The position numbers and the translations under genes were made by a program. The notes beneath the pieces are model-generated. The model saw nothing but the letters and a program-made list of their open reading frames with translations. It ran no database searches and was not told the origin of the DNA. Below are positions 51,611 to 62,828 of a stretch of 64,000 nucleotides of DNA, in pieces. Position 1 is the first letter of the stretch; the number at the start of each line of letters is the position of its first letter. The stretch is from Zygnema circumcarinatum SAG 698-1b (lineage: Eukaryota > Plantae > Zygnematophyceae), in NCBI GenBank assembly GCA_037447605.1, contig CM074815.1, forward strand, positions 2,480,001 to 2,544,000, written 5' to 3'.

Positions 51611-53543
51611 TCACTTCCAATATGGGCAGTTGATGCTTCTGAACCGATTGTTGTAGCACTTGTTCATGCAAGTCTCGTAGTTGTTCGGCCATGACTTGGG
51701 AGTCCTCTGCTTCACGGGCGTCTCACCCGTCTGCGTGGTCGCAGCATCCGAACACGCGACCTGACAATTGACGAAGTTCTTATAACACCTATTTGGCGGC
51801 GCCTCGGGCCACGGAAACGGGCACGGGCTCGAACAGCTCTTGCTACAACCTTTACAGGGAGGGAGACCGGCACGTTTTTTGCAGCAATCGGCGCACGTCG
51901 GACAGCGTCCGGCCGTGGCGGAAGAACAGATCCCGGGACAGCCCCCGCAGTTAAGGGCACAAAGCGATTGGAAGTTGATGCCGTACCAACAGTAGTATTC
52001 CTTCGGGGCTCTGTCACAGTCACAGGAGGCGGATGTCATGGTGACGTTGGGGCAGGGGACCTGAAGGAGCTGCCCGGGGACAAGGGTCACCTCCTGGACG
52101 ACCTTTCCAGGGAAGTTTACAGCGGCGATTTCGGAGGGAGAAGTGATGCAGCGGCGGGAGAGGCGGACGGGGATGGCGCTAAGGGTGTCTGATGGGAGGA
52201 CGACGTACGGAATGGTGGAGGATGGCCTGCCGACAGGCCTTAGGACGGCGGGAGGGAAGGTGGGAGGAGAGGAGGGAGGAGGTGAAAGGACGGCCGGCGT
52301 TGGGACGGGAGGAGGGAAGGGTGGAGGTGAGGAGGGAGGGGAAGAGGGAGGGGGTCCTAAGGGAGGAGACGTGGGAGGTACGGAAAGGGAAAGCGAAAGC
52401 CCATCCAGGAAAGCCTCGTCATATGGATCGTCAATGGGGTCAGCTGGCGTAGTGGTAAAGGTGGGAGAGGGCGCAGCAGGGGGGGGAACAGGGAAGGGCA
52501 GAGGGGTAGAGGGAAAAGTGGGAGGGGCAGCAAATGAGGGAGGAGAAGGTGCAGGAGGAGAGGGTGGGGGTGGGGAAGGGGAAGGGGGAGAAGGAGAGGG
52601 TGGGGGAGGGGAGCTTAGGGATTTCTTGCGCAGGCAAATAACCTGTCCGCTCTGCAGATATGGCGGTTGGCACTGCCAGAAGAACCACACAATAGTCAAT
52701 TGGTTAGGAGAGCATATGAGGTAGGCAGCTCCCTTCTTATATTTGTTAAATACAAGAAACATGATGATGATGATGATGATGATTTGTATGATCTTAATTA
52801 AGATCATACAAATCTGAAACCATATCTAAAATTCTTACAATAGGTGCCGACGAATGAGCATTTGAATTTCTGCCTTTTCGAGGATTCTGGCTGTGTAGAG
52901 GGTTCCATACCTGAAGCCCGGGATTGAGTGCGAAGAAGTCGAAGGGGCTGATTCCGTTGTCAAGCCAAATGCGAGGACACGTGTCATTCTGGTTGACGAT
53001 GTACGACTCCTCGCAGTCCGCCGTAACACGCTCAAGTTTGACCCTCCCGCCGGTGCTGAGAATCACACCTGAGATGCCCAGAAAGAGAAAATTATGATAA
53101 ACAAACACTTAAATATAAACCTTCACAGTGAAAAAATAAAGAAAGGGAGGGAGGAAGCATGCGAAGAGGTAGAAGAACAAAACGAGAATTAGAGGAGGGA
53201 ATGTCATTGAGGAGAGCGGCTGCCTTGAACTCACGGGGTGGGAGGACAGCAAAGCAATTGAGGTTGGGGTTGAGTGGTGCCAAATCTCCGGGGCTCATAT
53301 TGTACGCTGCTTCGATCGACTGCAGATATAATAAAGCACGCAAAGAAATAAATGTAAGTGTCCAAAACTGAGCTCGATCCCTCTCCCAGCCTCCCGCTCC
53401 CCCATCCTTCCACTCTCTCCATCTCGTCAGAGCAGGAGGGGAGTGGCCTTTCCCACCTCGCACGTGTCGCCAGGCTTGACGATGTGCGTCGTGTCACTGC
53501 TGCACGTGATGAACCCTTCCGAATTGAACCCCGTGAATCGGCC
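51611..53543 (-). CDS. LysM x3 + Ser/Pro-rich extensin-like linker + Cys-rich C-terminal domain (probably the 3' half of the papain gene at 54112)
   Basis: Exons 53543-53457, 53319-53235, 53068-52911 and 52672-51611 splice in frame. LysM1 HIVKPGDTCESIEAAYNMSPGDLAPLNPNLNC. LysM2 YIVNQNDTCPRIWLDNGISPFDFFALNPGLQC...LQSGQVICL. LysM3 YVVLPSDTLSAI...IAAVN...LVPGQLLQVPC. About 22 Cys in the last ~150 aa. Confidence 0.85.
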
Positions 53544-53584
53544 CTGCAGGATCGGGTACAGCAACCGATGTCAATTCCAATCTC

Positions 53585-53684
53585 NNNNNNNNNNNNNNNN
53601 NNNNNNNNNNNNNNNNNNNNNNNNNNNNNNNNNNNNNNNNNNNNNNNNNNNNNNNNNNNNNNNNNNNNNNNNNNNNNNNNNNNN
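53585..53684. other. Assembly gap (100 N, true size unknown)
   Basis: N run that interrupts the papain/LysM locus. Confidence 1.
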
Positions 53685-53860
53685 CTCAACGGACAGTGTT
53701 AAGCTCGCCCTTGTTCAAACTTTACAGAACGAGCCAGCATGCATGCACCGCGAACTTCTCTTATCTCTCTTCCATAGCATTCATTTCTCAGTCTTCCTTT
53801 GAACTATGCATGCATGTGTATGCATGCATGCAGGCCGCACGGCGGCGCGCGGCCACGTAC

Positions 53861-54112
53861 GTCCTTGGCGTCCATGACGCGCGTGATGACGCCCGTCGCC
53901 CGCCAGTCGACGGCGCCCTTCGCCGCGGTGATGTCGTACGCGTGGTACAGCGACGAGGCGGGCGCGTCCTGGAGCCGCCGCGCCGCCTCCGGGGACTGCA
54001 GGAACTCGCGGAAGCTCAAATAGTCCCTCTCCCCAACCCCGCCGCTTGCAGCCATCGCCCCGCAACCAAAACTGATGCTCAGTAGAAGAAAAGCGACCTT
54101 GAGAGTCGCCAT
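53861..54112 (-). CDS. Papain-like (C1A) cysteine protease, exon 1, copy 1 (remainder in the N gap)
   Basis: Signal peptide MATLKVAFLLLSISFGCGAMA, then AVDWRATGVITRVMDAKD and a GT donor. Near-identical to 62987-63152. Confidence 0.8.
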
Positions 54113-55459
54113 GGCTGAAAGAAAATCCGGCACCTCAAACGAATATGATAGATCACCCTCTTTCTCTCTTTCTCTCTCCCTCTCTCTCTCTTCCCCCTTC
54201 TCCCACCACTCCTCCCCGTCGAGTAGAGGCGGCGGCCGCTGCTTGCTTGCAGAGAGGCGGCTGGCGGGCTCTTATAAGCGCCGCCGGGGCGCTCGGCCGT
54301 GTCGGTGGGTCGGCGCGGGCGTGCGGGTAGCAGCTCTGTTTTGTCGTTTTGCTAATGAGAATAGTCATTTCCTTGGAAAAACGAATGGTCGCTGGAGGGT
54401 GCACTCGGGGGAGGGCGATTCGGGCGGGGGCGAACGAGAATTGTCGTTTGTACGAAAGGAGGCACGTCGCGCTCCGTGACTGGTTGTGCTGGTGGATTTC
54501 GCCGTGCCGTTCCTGCTTCTACTCAATAGGACAAAGTTGACTTCTGTCGGACTAATTTGTCGTTTTCCAGACAATTTGCTGGATCGTGAGTTCGTGACAA
54601 AGATTGAAGCTCTGGCGTCTCATTTGCGTGACGTGGCACCGTCTGAGAACTGCCGTACTGATTCATGTAATCAACGGCATGCCGCACGGCGCTTGGACTG
54701 TGCGCCAAGCGAGATCTGCTGCCAACTGCCTGCGTGCTGTGAACTGCACTAGCGATTCCTTGTGGCCGTTCACTGTTCATGGTTCCAACTGTGAACGCGA
54801 CGGAGAACGGCCTTCAGAGAAACGGTTGGGGTTCTGGGCTGTTTGGCGTACGGTTGGGATTGTACACATGTACGGACTTATTGTACGGAATAAACTTGCC
54901 TTCGCGGCTGCTTCGAGGGAGGGTTTGAAGCGTTGTGGAGCCTCGGCGTAGCTTTCCGCTCATACCTTTTTTCTTTTGTCCTTAGGTCCTTTGTGACCAT
55001 TTCCTCGTGGTTCCCCATGCTGATTTTGTCCATGTACATTTGATGGCATCGCCATAGTGAGATCAATGCCACATCCTTTATCTTCTTCATGCTCTTCGAA
55101 CATTTTGGCATTTTTGTGCTGATTTGTTCCATGTACATTTGATGACATCATCGCCATCGTGATATCAATGCCACATCCCCTCCCCCCCTTCGCTTGTTGT
55201 ACATGGACACGATGCTTTTCACGATTGGCGATTGCCTTTGCACGATGGCGTGCAAAGGCCACGGCCACGGCCTTCGCTGCTGCTTCTAGGGCTGCGTTGT
55301 TGTGCCTAGGCGTAGTTTTTCGCTCCTAGCTTCGTTTTATTGTGTTTCGGTCCTTTGTGACCAATCCTTCGTGGTTCCACATTTTGCCTTGGTCCATGTA
55401 CATTTGATGGCCTTGCCATTTCGAGTTCAATGAAAGTTTGTCCCCCTCATGCTGAAGGG

Positions 55460-55670
55460 CAACGGAAATACGCTGTCGATAAAAAGTAGCCAAGATCGTC
55501 GGAGGAGGGCTTTTGGGGCCGCGCATCTCGAAGGAGCGATGGGCGCACAGGCGAAGAAAGGTATCCAAACGGGTGTCGAGGCAACCAAAAATCTCAATAG
55601 CCATCGGAACAAACTCGTCGGCCGCGTCACGGTGGGCATGTGCGCGCTCCTTGCAGAGGGCCTTTGACGG
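55460..55670 (-). mobile_element. Remnant of a non-LTR retrotransposon restriction-like endonuclease C-terminus (CRE/R2-type)
   Basis: Translates to DEFVPMAIEIFGCLDTRLDTFLRLCA...TFYRQRISVALQ. This fits the F.P...E.FG...FL..LA...R.SVALQ end of RLE-type elements. It is embedded in repeated GCGIDLTMA modules (54895-55706). Confidence 0.55.
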
Positions 55671-55922
55671 CCTCGCCATCGTGAGATCAATGCCACACCT
55701 TTTCAAAATTTTCCTTGTGTTTTCACGATGATTTCATCCACACACGCATGCGCGTTATTCACGCACAAAAAAGTGATACCGAACGGACCAATTGCAGGTC
55801 CGCTTGGAGGAGGCTTCCGTAATATTCCTTCGGCAAACCGTATGCCGTGCGTTGACGTGGCGGTTGCTGATTGGCTGATTTCCACGCGCCGTCGAGCAAT
55901 TTGTTGACAAAAAACGAGAATT

Positions 55923-56159
55923 GTACGGTACATTTTTGTCGTGTACGGTACTGTACTGTACACAAATTATCAAGGCACTACCGTACATATTATTGTACTG
56001 TAGGCTCAAATTTCCAGCTCCTGTCCTCTACTAGGCCGTACAACAGTCAATCTTGCAACAACCAATGCGTTGCAGCCACGTAGGCCACGCGTTTGTCAAT
56101 TTGCAAGTTTGAATTGTTTTTTAGAGCCGTACGGTCTAATTATGTTTCTACGTCCGTAC
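55923..56159. promoter_or_regulatory. Cluster of 11 GTAC cores between the papain-LysM gene and the thioredoxin gene
   Basis: GTAC at 55923, 55928, 55943, 55948, 55953, 55958, 55983, 55995, 56038, 56129 and 56156. Confidence 0.45.
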
Positions 56160-56749
56160 GAAGGATAAGGCGCTGAGTCACCGCATCACATCTCTGACAC
56201 GATTTTGCAAAAATCGACGTCAACTTTGTCCGGCTCCACGTCGGACCACAAATTTTCCTTTCAAATTTGAAGACCGCTTATTTTCCCGCAATATGGGCAG
56301 AAAATAATTCACAGCCGTCAATCACAGATGAGGAAATCGCTCGGGCCACGTCTAGAAACTTTCAATGGACGTAGGAAAAGGTTTTTGAGGAGGGCGACAC
56401 TGGAATGTAAGAGAAATTCAGACCGTCCGATTTGGAAAAGTATCCCATTTCTGAACCCTAGTACTTCTCGATACGGCCGTACAGGTCCGTAGGATTGAAG
56501 GGACCGCACGTGCGACATGTTTGAGCGCTGATTGGCTGGCGGGTGCCACGTCATCTGAAGGATCTATCTGTATGGAGGACTCGCCGTAGGGTAGGTCTTG
56601 GGAGGGGGAGAGAGTGACTCGAGTGAGAGGGAGAGGGAGAGAGCGGGAGAGGGGAGGTCGGAGGGAGAGGGAGAAGGAGAGGGCAGGGAGAGGCGAGGGG
56701 AAGGTAGGAGGGCTCACGTGGCACAATGTCGACAGTCGATTGGCGGAGA

Positions 56750-58541
56750 ATGGCCGCGGCGAGCCTCTGTGTTGCCATGGCGGTCCTGGTACGGCTGCCG
56801 CTTATCCCTTCCTGCACTCTCGCCCGCAATACTCTCTCCCTTTTCTTTCTTTTTCCCTCTTTTACCTTCTCCCTCCCTCCCTCCCTCCCTACCTCCCTCC
56901 CTCATCTCTCCCTCGTCTCTCCCTCTCGAGCAGGCAACAACGCACACGGCGAGCGCCTCGTCCTCCCTTCCAAGCATAGAATGGCGCCGCCCGTCAGATC
57001 TCACAACGGATTTTTTCGCACGGAATACGAAGCCCGTTCTGCTGCTGGTGCACAAAACCTGGTGCGCTTCAAGGCCGCTCAAAATGGGTCGGAGCGTTTT
57101 TAGGGTTCGGGCTGAGGGTCGAGCCTTCTTGGTTTGAAGGTTTTGGACGCGTTCTTTATATGGTGCATGTACTTCAAGCTCGTGGGAGATGTAGGGTTGT
57201 GGGTCTTTCGGCTTTCGCAGTAATAGGGTTTGTACATTTGTGGATTTCTGGATTGTAGGGTTTCCTTTGTCACGGTTTTTATGGTGTTTAGGGTTATGAA
57301 GATTAGGGTTCCTTATGGGGTCTCTAGCGGGGGGGTTGTATGGCAGGTGTGGATCGTGTGCTCGGCTGTGGGATGAGCTGAGTAGAGGGCAGAAGGAGGG
57401 GGGGGAGGAGCTTTTGAAGCTTGCGAATGACTTTGTTATGGTAAGAGCTCCGAATCTCCCTCTCTCTCTCTCTCTTATTTCTCATTTTTGTTTCTCTCCC
57501 ACTCTCCTCTCCATTCTCTCGCCCACCTACCTACCTAACGGCCCCCGCACTCCCTTTTTTCCCATTCTCCCTTCTTTCTGTCTCGGGTTCGCTTCTCTCT
57601 TTCTCCCATTCCTCCTCTCATGCAAAGCAGGCGAGTGAGTTTCATGACGTACCTCTACGGTTAGAGTAGGGCGAAAGGTTAAGTAAACATTCGTCATCAT
57701 GACTGGCGTTGACTCAGTACGTAGTGACTGATGCAGGTCAACGCTGCAGATGCAGACGAACCAACGGATGTGAGTAGCATCTCCCCCCCTTCCATCCTTT
57801 CTCTCAGCTCTCTTCCTCTCCCTCTACTCACATAGAAGCAGGCCGGGAGAGGGAGGCGTGAATATGACAGTTTAGGAGAATGGCGTTTGCCTTATTCTCT
57901 TGGGAGAGTTTTCTGACGTGTGCAGGGTGCATATGCTCCCGATGGTGGCTACATTCCGCGAATCGTATTTCTGACTCCTAACGGAACGGTAGGATAGAAC
58001 CCCCCCCCCCCTCCCTTCTCTTTTTGATCGTTCGCAGTCTTTGTTGATGCCTGCTCTCTTCTGATTGTCTCTCTCTTTTCCTCGCCTCTCTCCCTCTCTC
58101 CCCCTCTCTCTGCATTCATCTTTCCCCCTTCCCTCTCTTCCTGACTCTCCCCCTCCCTCCCTGTCTCCCGTGTGTAAGCAGGTCCAACCGGGCATCAAGT
58201 GTTCGTTAAATCCCACTCCATCGTACCAATATTTTTATTCCACTATTGAGCAGGTTCGCTCCCTCTTCGCCCTTTGTTTAGAGCCCTTCCTTTCTTTCCT
58301 TATTTCAGTCATTTTTGAACATTGTCCCTGCCTTTTTGGCGAACGTTTTTATCCAACCTCCGGTCATTACCAAAGCCACATTCGCTTTATAGAATTGTAG
58401 GTTCAATCTTTGAACTAATTTGTATCCTTTTTTTAACTCAATTTGCAGGTAACAAAAAGCATGGAGATAGCACGGGCAACGTTAACGGAAGAGCATGGAA
58501 CGGGGAAAGGAGATGGAGGAGAGAAGATTCAAAGATTTTGA
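56750..58541 (+). CDS. Secretory thioredoxin-fold protein, TXNDC12/ERp18/AGR-like (WCGSC)
   Basis: Exons 56750-56788, 56934-57061, 57347-57440, 57737-57769, 57926-57988, 58182-58253 and 58449-58541. Signal peptide, IEW, KPVLLLVHKTWCGSC, FVMVN, DEP, PDGGYIPRIVFL and YQYFY, the TXNDC12/AGR signature order. Confidence 0.88.
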
Positions 58542-59508
58542 AACTGGCCCAATTTTGAAACTGGCCCAATTTTGAAAATGTCCCAATTTTGGAAAGTTGT
58601 CCCAATTTTTGTGTTCGGATTCAGGAGCGTAGAAAACATGTCGACTCAATGGGAGGGCCCGAAGAAGGGTGAGAAGAGCGGCAAGTGAGTGAACGAAAAG
58701 TTTCGTTTTTTGATAGGAAGTGGTTTTTATTTTTGACGGCAGGTTTTTTTTAATGGGGGCGGGGCAGTTTTGTAGTTGGCGCTTGCAAGTGTGAATATGC
58801 AGAGGAGAAGTTTTGTGTGTGTGTGTGTAAAAGAGAGAGTGAGAGAGACTGAGAGGAGAGAGCGAAAGAGATGGGGAGAGAAACAGATGTAGTAAAGGGG
58901 AGTTATGTAGAGAGAGAGAGAGTCGGCAAGAGAGGGTGAACGGGAGGGAACGCGAGAGAGACATGAAAAGAGTTGGAGATAGAGAGTGAGATACGGAGAG
59001 AGTGAGAAAGAGAGAGAGAGAGTGTGTGAGAAAGAGAGTGATCCAACGATCAAAGGTGATTGTTCGTTTTTGACTGTGTAGCGTACATACTAGAATGTGG
59101 AACTGGGGATAATTTAGTATTTACTTTTGATGACCGGAAAACTTTTGATGTAGTGTTTCGAAAAGAGAATATTCAGGTTTTTGTTCATCGATTTTGTTTT
59201 ATTTTGCCCGGTTCTATTTGTTTTGGTTTATCTTAAGGTGTTCTCTGGCAATTCTTTTTAAAAATGTTTCAAAAAGTTTAAAAGTTGTTTAACTGGTTTT
59301 GTAAAACTTAGTCGAACTAAAAACGCTTTTCTTGGCAGTGTCACACTTTCAAAATCGAAGGACATCGAATAAATTGACATTTGCCTGCATTGAATTAAAA
59401 ATAATTACAATTTTGGCCCTCCAAAGGCCAAAAGTGACAGCCGTCATAAAGTCTGCGCCGAGTTCGCCTCACGTCGCCGCCGACAGCCACACGTCAAGCC
59501 CGAGCCGC

Positions 59509-59764
59509 CACGTGGCAGTCGTTGAGTCGACGACAGCTGCCACGTAATCCTCCACGAGAGCCTCGGCGGACGCCACGTGGCCGAAGGACTCCTTTCATCT
59601 TGCGACCACGTGGCACACTCCGCATTCGCCACTGCAGCCACGTGTCCTTCCGAGCGCCCTCCCCTGTTGCTGCCACGTGTCAGATTTCAGGAAAATGCAC
59701 GTGGAGCTCTCTGATTGGCTCCTAGCGGGCGCTGTCGCAGCGGCCATCGGGTTGCTGACACGTG
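59509..59764. promoter_or_regulatory. Seven CACGTG G-box/ABRE motifs directly upstream of the carboxylesterase
   Basis: CACGTG at 59509, 59574, 59607, 59639, 59674, 59698 and 59759, mostly as GCCACGTGG/TC. Confidence 0.5.
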
Positions 59765-59778
59765 TCGTGCTGCGGCGA

Positions 59779-61309
59779 ATGGCGGGAAAGCTCGACGCGG
59801 CGGCAGCGGGTGAGGCCCGTCCCTGAACCCTAGAACTGAAGGGGGGGGAGGGGGGGAGGGGAAGGAAACACTCTCTCCCCATCTCTCTTTCCTCTCCCTC
59901 TCTTCCTCTTTCGCTCCCTTGAAATTTTTACCTTTGCCCTCTCTCACACCCTCTCCTTCGCTCCACTTCCTCCTCCCTCGCCTTCCACCCTCTCTGCCTC
60001 TCCCACTCTCCCCTTCCCCTTTCTCCTTCTCCCTTGCTTCCTCTCCCCCCCTCCTTTCCCTCTCCCTCTCCCTCCCTCTTTGCTCTCTCACTCTCCTTCT
60101 GTCCTTCTCCGCATTTCCTCTCCCCCGCCTCCTCCCTCTCACACTCTCTCCCTGTTTTTCCAATTCCCATCTCCCCTCTCCCTGCCCCGTTCCCTATTGT
60201 CACATCTCTCCCTCTGCTTTCAGGGGCCGCCTCATCAATAAACTCTACATATTAATAAAAAAAGCTCTACTTTTTCTCATTTTTCCTGCCGTTTCCGCCT
60301 AGATGCAGGTCAAATGATGCGTGTCCCGTTCCATGTTCGCCTCCATTCCTTTATTCTCAAATATGGTGCTTTATTTCTTCAACAGCGAGATGGTACAATT
60401 CTACGAACCGGGTTCCTCGGCGCCATGGCCAGAGACCCCCGTCCTTCCAACGAAAGCTTCACCAAATTTGAGACTGCGACGCGTGACGTTACGCTTCTAT
60501 GTGAAAATCGAAAGCTTGAAGTTCGAATATTCCTCCCAAAATTGGCTCTCTCTTTGAAACCCTCCGCCAAGCTCCCCATTGCTCTCTTCTTCCACGGCGG
60601 CGGCTTCTCCTTCGCTTCAATGAAGGACGGAGTTTACGATTCTATGTGTCGGAGAATTGCGTTCTATGTGGGAATGCTCGTGGTTTCCGTTGAGTATCGA
60701 CTCGCCCCAGAGAGCCCCTACCCTTCCGCATATGATGACGGGTATGAAGCTCTAAAATGGCTGAAAAATAAAGCGATAATTGAAGATAAATGGGTTTCTA
60801 AATATGCAGATATTTCTAACTGCTTTTTATTTGGAGACAGCGCCGGCGCAAATTTAGCTCACCATGTTTCCCTACGAGCTCGAGAGGTCGATTTTTCGCC
60901 TCTTCAAATCCGCGGTCGGTGCCTCATGTTTCCTTTTTTTGGGGGGACCGATAAGCTGCAATCAGAAATTGAGTTTTCCAATGGCTACATTGTTGGTGAA
61001 AAAATCTTAAATACGATGTGGAGGAATTTTTTGCCGAAAGGGGCAGATCAGAATCACATGGCGGCCAATCCCCTCGCGCCAGCTCATCCTTCTCTGAAAA
61101 ATCTGCAGCCCACATTGGTCCAGGTGGCAGGCTACGACTACCTCAAGGACAGAGGAATTTTGTATGCGAACGCGTTGAAGGAGGCGGGGGTTGATCTGGA
61201 GTTGATCCATTATCCACACATGATCCATTGTTTCCCACTTTTTGGGGTTAACTCGGACTCATTCTTCTCAGACTTGACCCAATTTGTGCGCCGCGTTTCG
61301 GTCAATTGA
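59779..61309 (+). CDS. Carboxylesterase of the HSL/CXE family, GID1-related
   Basis: Short exon 59779-59809 (MAGKLDAAAAG) is spliced in phase 1 to 60303 or 60309 and continues to 61309. Motifs FFHGGGF, VSVEYRLAPE, AYDDG, FLFGDSAGANLAHHV, PFFGG, GYDYLKD and MIHCF. Confidence 0.93.
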
Positions 61310-61616
61310 TGCTCCTTGTTGGATAAAATTTTCGTAATTTTGTGTTTTGGCAAGTCAGGATTTCAATCTCTTGGTCAGAAAAGCTTTTCGCATGTACATG
61401 ACAATCAGCAGTTTTTGCAATTTTGATTTTTTTTTATCGGTGGAAGATTAACTGGGAGAGAGGAAATCTTAGGGTTCTTGGAGTCGTTTGGAACGGTCCT
61501 GGCTTCATTATTTTCCACGAGTTTCCTTCGTTTCTTTGAAAAAAAAAATATCACTTTTTTATGGTCTGTCAGTATTTATGCTCCTGTCTTTCCTGAAATG
61601 AACAAGACAACCACTC

Positions 61617-62068
61617 CGAACCAATGGTTGCCAGGAATCGGATGCTGGCTACCTTTACCAATGGTTGGAACCATGGGTCGGCAACCTGTCAGCCATTGCC
61701 AATGATTGGAACCATTGAATTCAACGATTCCTAAATTGTTTTTCCAACCATTGGCATCCGACCACTGCCAATGGTTTCCCAACCCACCTAATAGGGGGAG
61801 TCAGACCTTAACCATTGCCTAATCAATTAAGCAAGCCTGTCGGGCGGATTAAGCATTGGCTAGGTATGCATTTTGGTACGGTTGGGCTCGGCGGAGCCGC
61901 GGATCCCGACCCGGAATTGGTACACGAAAGAAGTGACTTTTAGTTTAAGGAATTCGGGAATTTCGTAAGCGATGGTCAAGGTCTGACTCCCCCCTTAATG
62001 GTTGCGATCCTTGCCAACCAACGGTCGGCCGGCCAACCACTTGGTAACCAATGGTTGGGCTGATGGTT
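61617..62068. mobile_element. Foldback-like element: 24 bp inverted repeat flanked by CCAATGGTT sub-repeats
   Basis: AGGGGGAGTCAGACCTTAACCATT (61793-61816) is inverted at 61971-61996. CCAATGGTT/AACCATTGG units occur on both sides. Confidence 0.6.
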
Positions 62069-62828
62069 CCCCACCCAGCGGACCTGTGCCATTCCGTACC
62101 GCTACACAAACCGTGACGGACGGCGCGAATCGCCTTCCAAATCCGTGCGATCGAAAAATCTACAACCATACCGTATAGTAGATCTAAACCCCAGTCGCGA
62201 AGCGTAACTTCCCGGATACGCAATCCTGTTGGCCGCGTTATCATTGGTTAAAAAGATCCCAACGCGATCTGTCAGTCAAAGGGTGCATACGTGGCCAGAA
62301 TATAGTGCCCATTTGCGTTGATAAGATACTACGAGATCCTGCAAATTAGATTCGATGAGATTTCTTCAGATCCTAAATATCTTCGGTTACCAGATTGACG
62401 TCGACCTTGACAGAAGTCAACTCCGCTCGGTTGGCCTGAAGTCAAGATTCGTATGATCCAATGAAAAGGACACTGTACAGCACCAATAAGCGACTGCCAC
62501 GGCTACAAATCTTGTCGGAATGCGGACGTCATCACCTGCTCAGATAAAACCTCCCCCAAGAGGACCCTCTCACGACGCATCGCATTCTAGGGTCCCGTTT
62601 GACGGCGGGCCGCGTGTCGCCGCAAAACGACAAATTTGAGCAGCTCGCGCCGCCGGCCAACGGCGCCGCCGCCGCCGCCACGCGACGGCTTTTAAAAGGT
62701 GCGTCCGCGCACTCACAAGCAGCGGCCTCTCTTGTGAGGCGAAAGGCGAGGCGGAGAGGAAGGGAGAGAGAGTGAGAGAGAGAGAGAGAGAGGGACAGAA
62801 AGATAATACGGATTTCTTCTTCTAAGCC

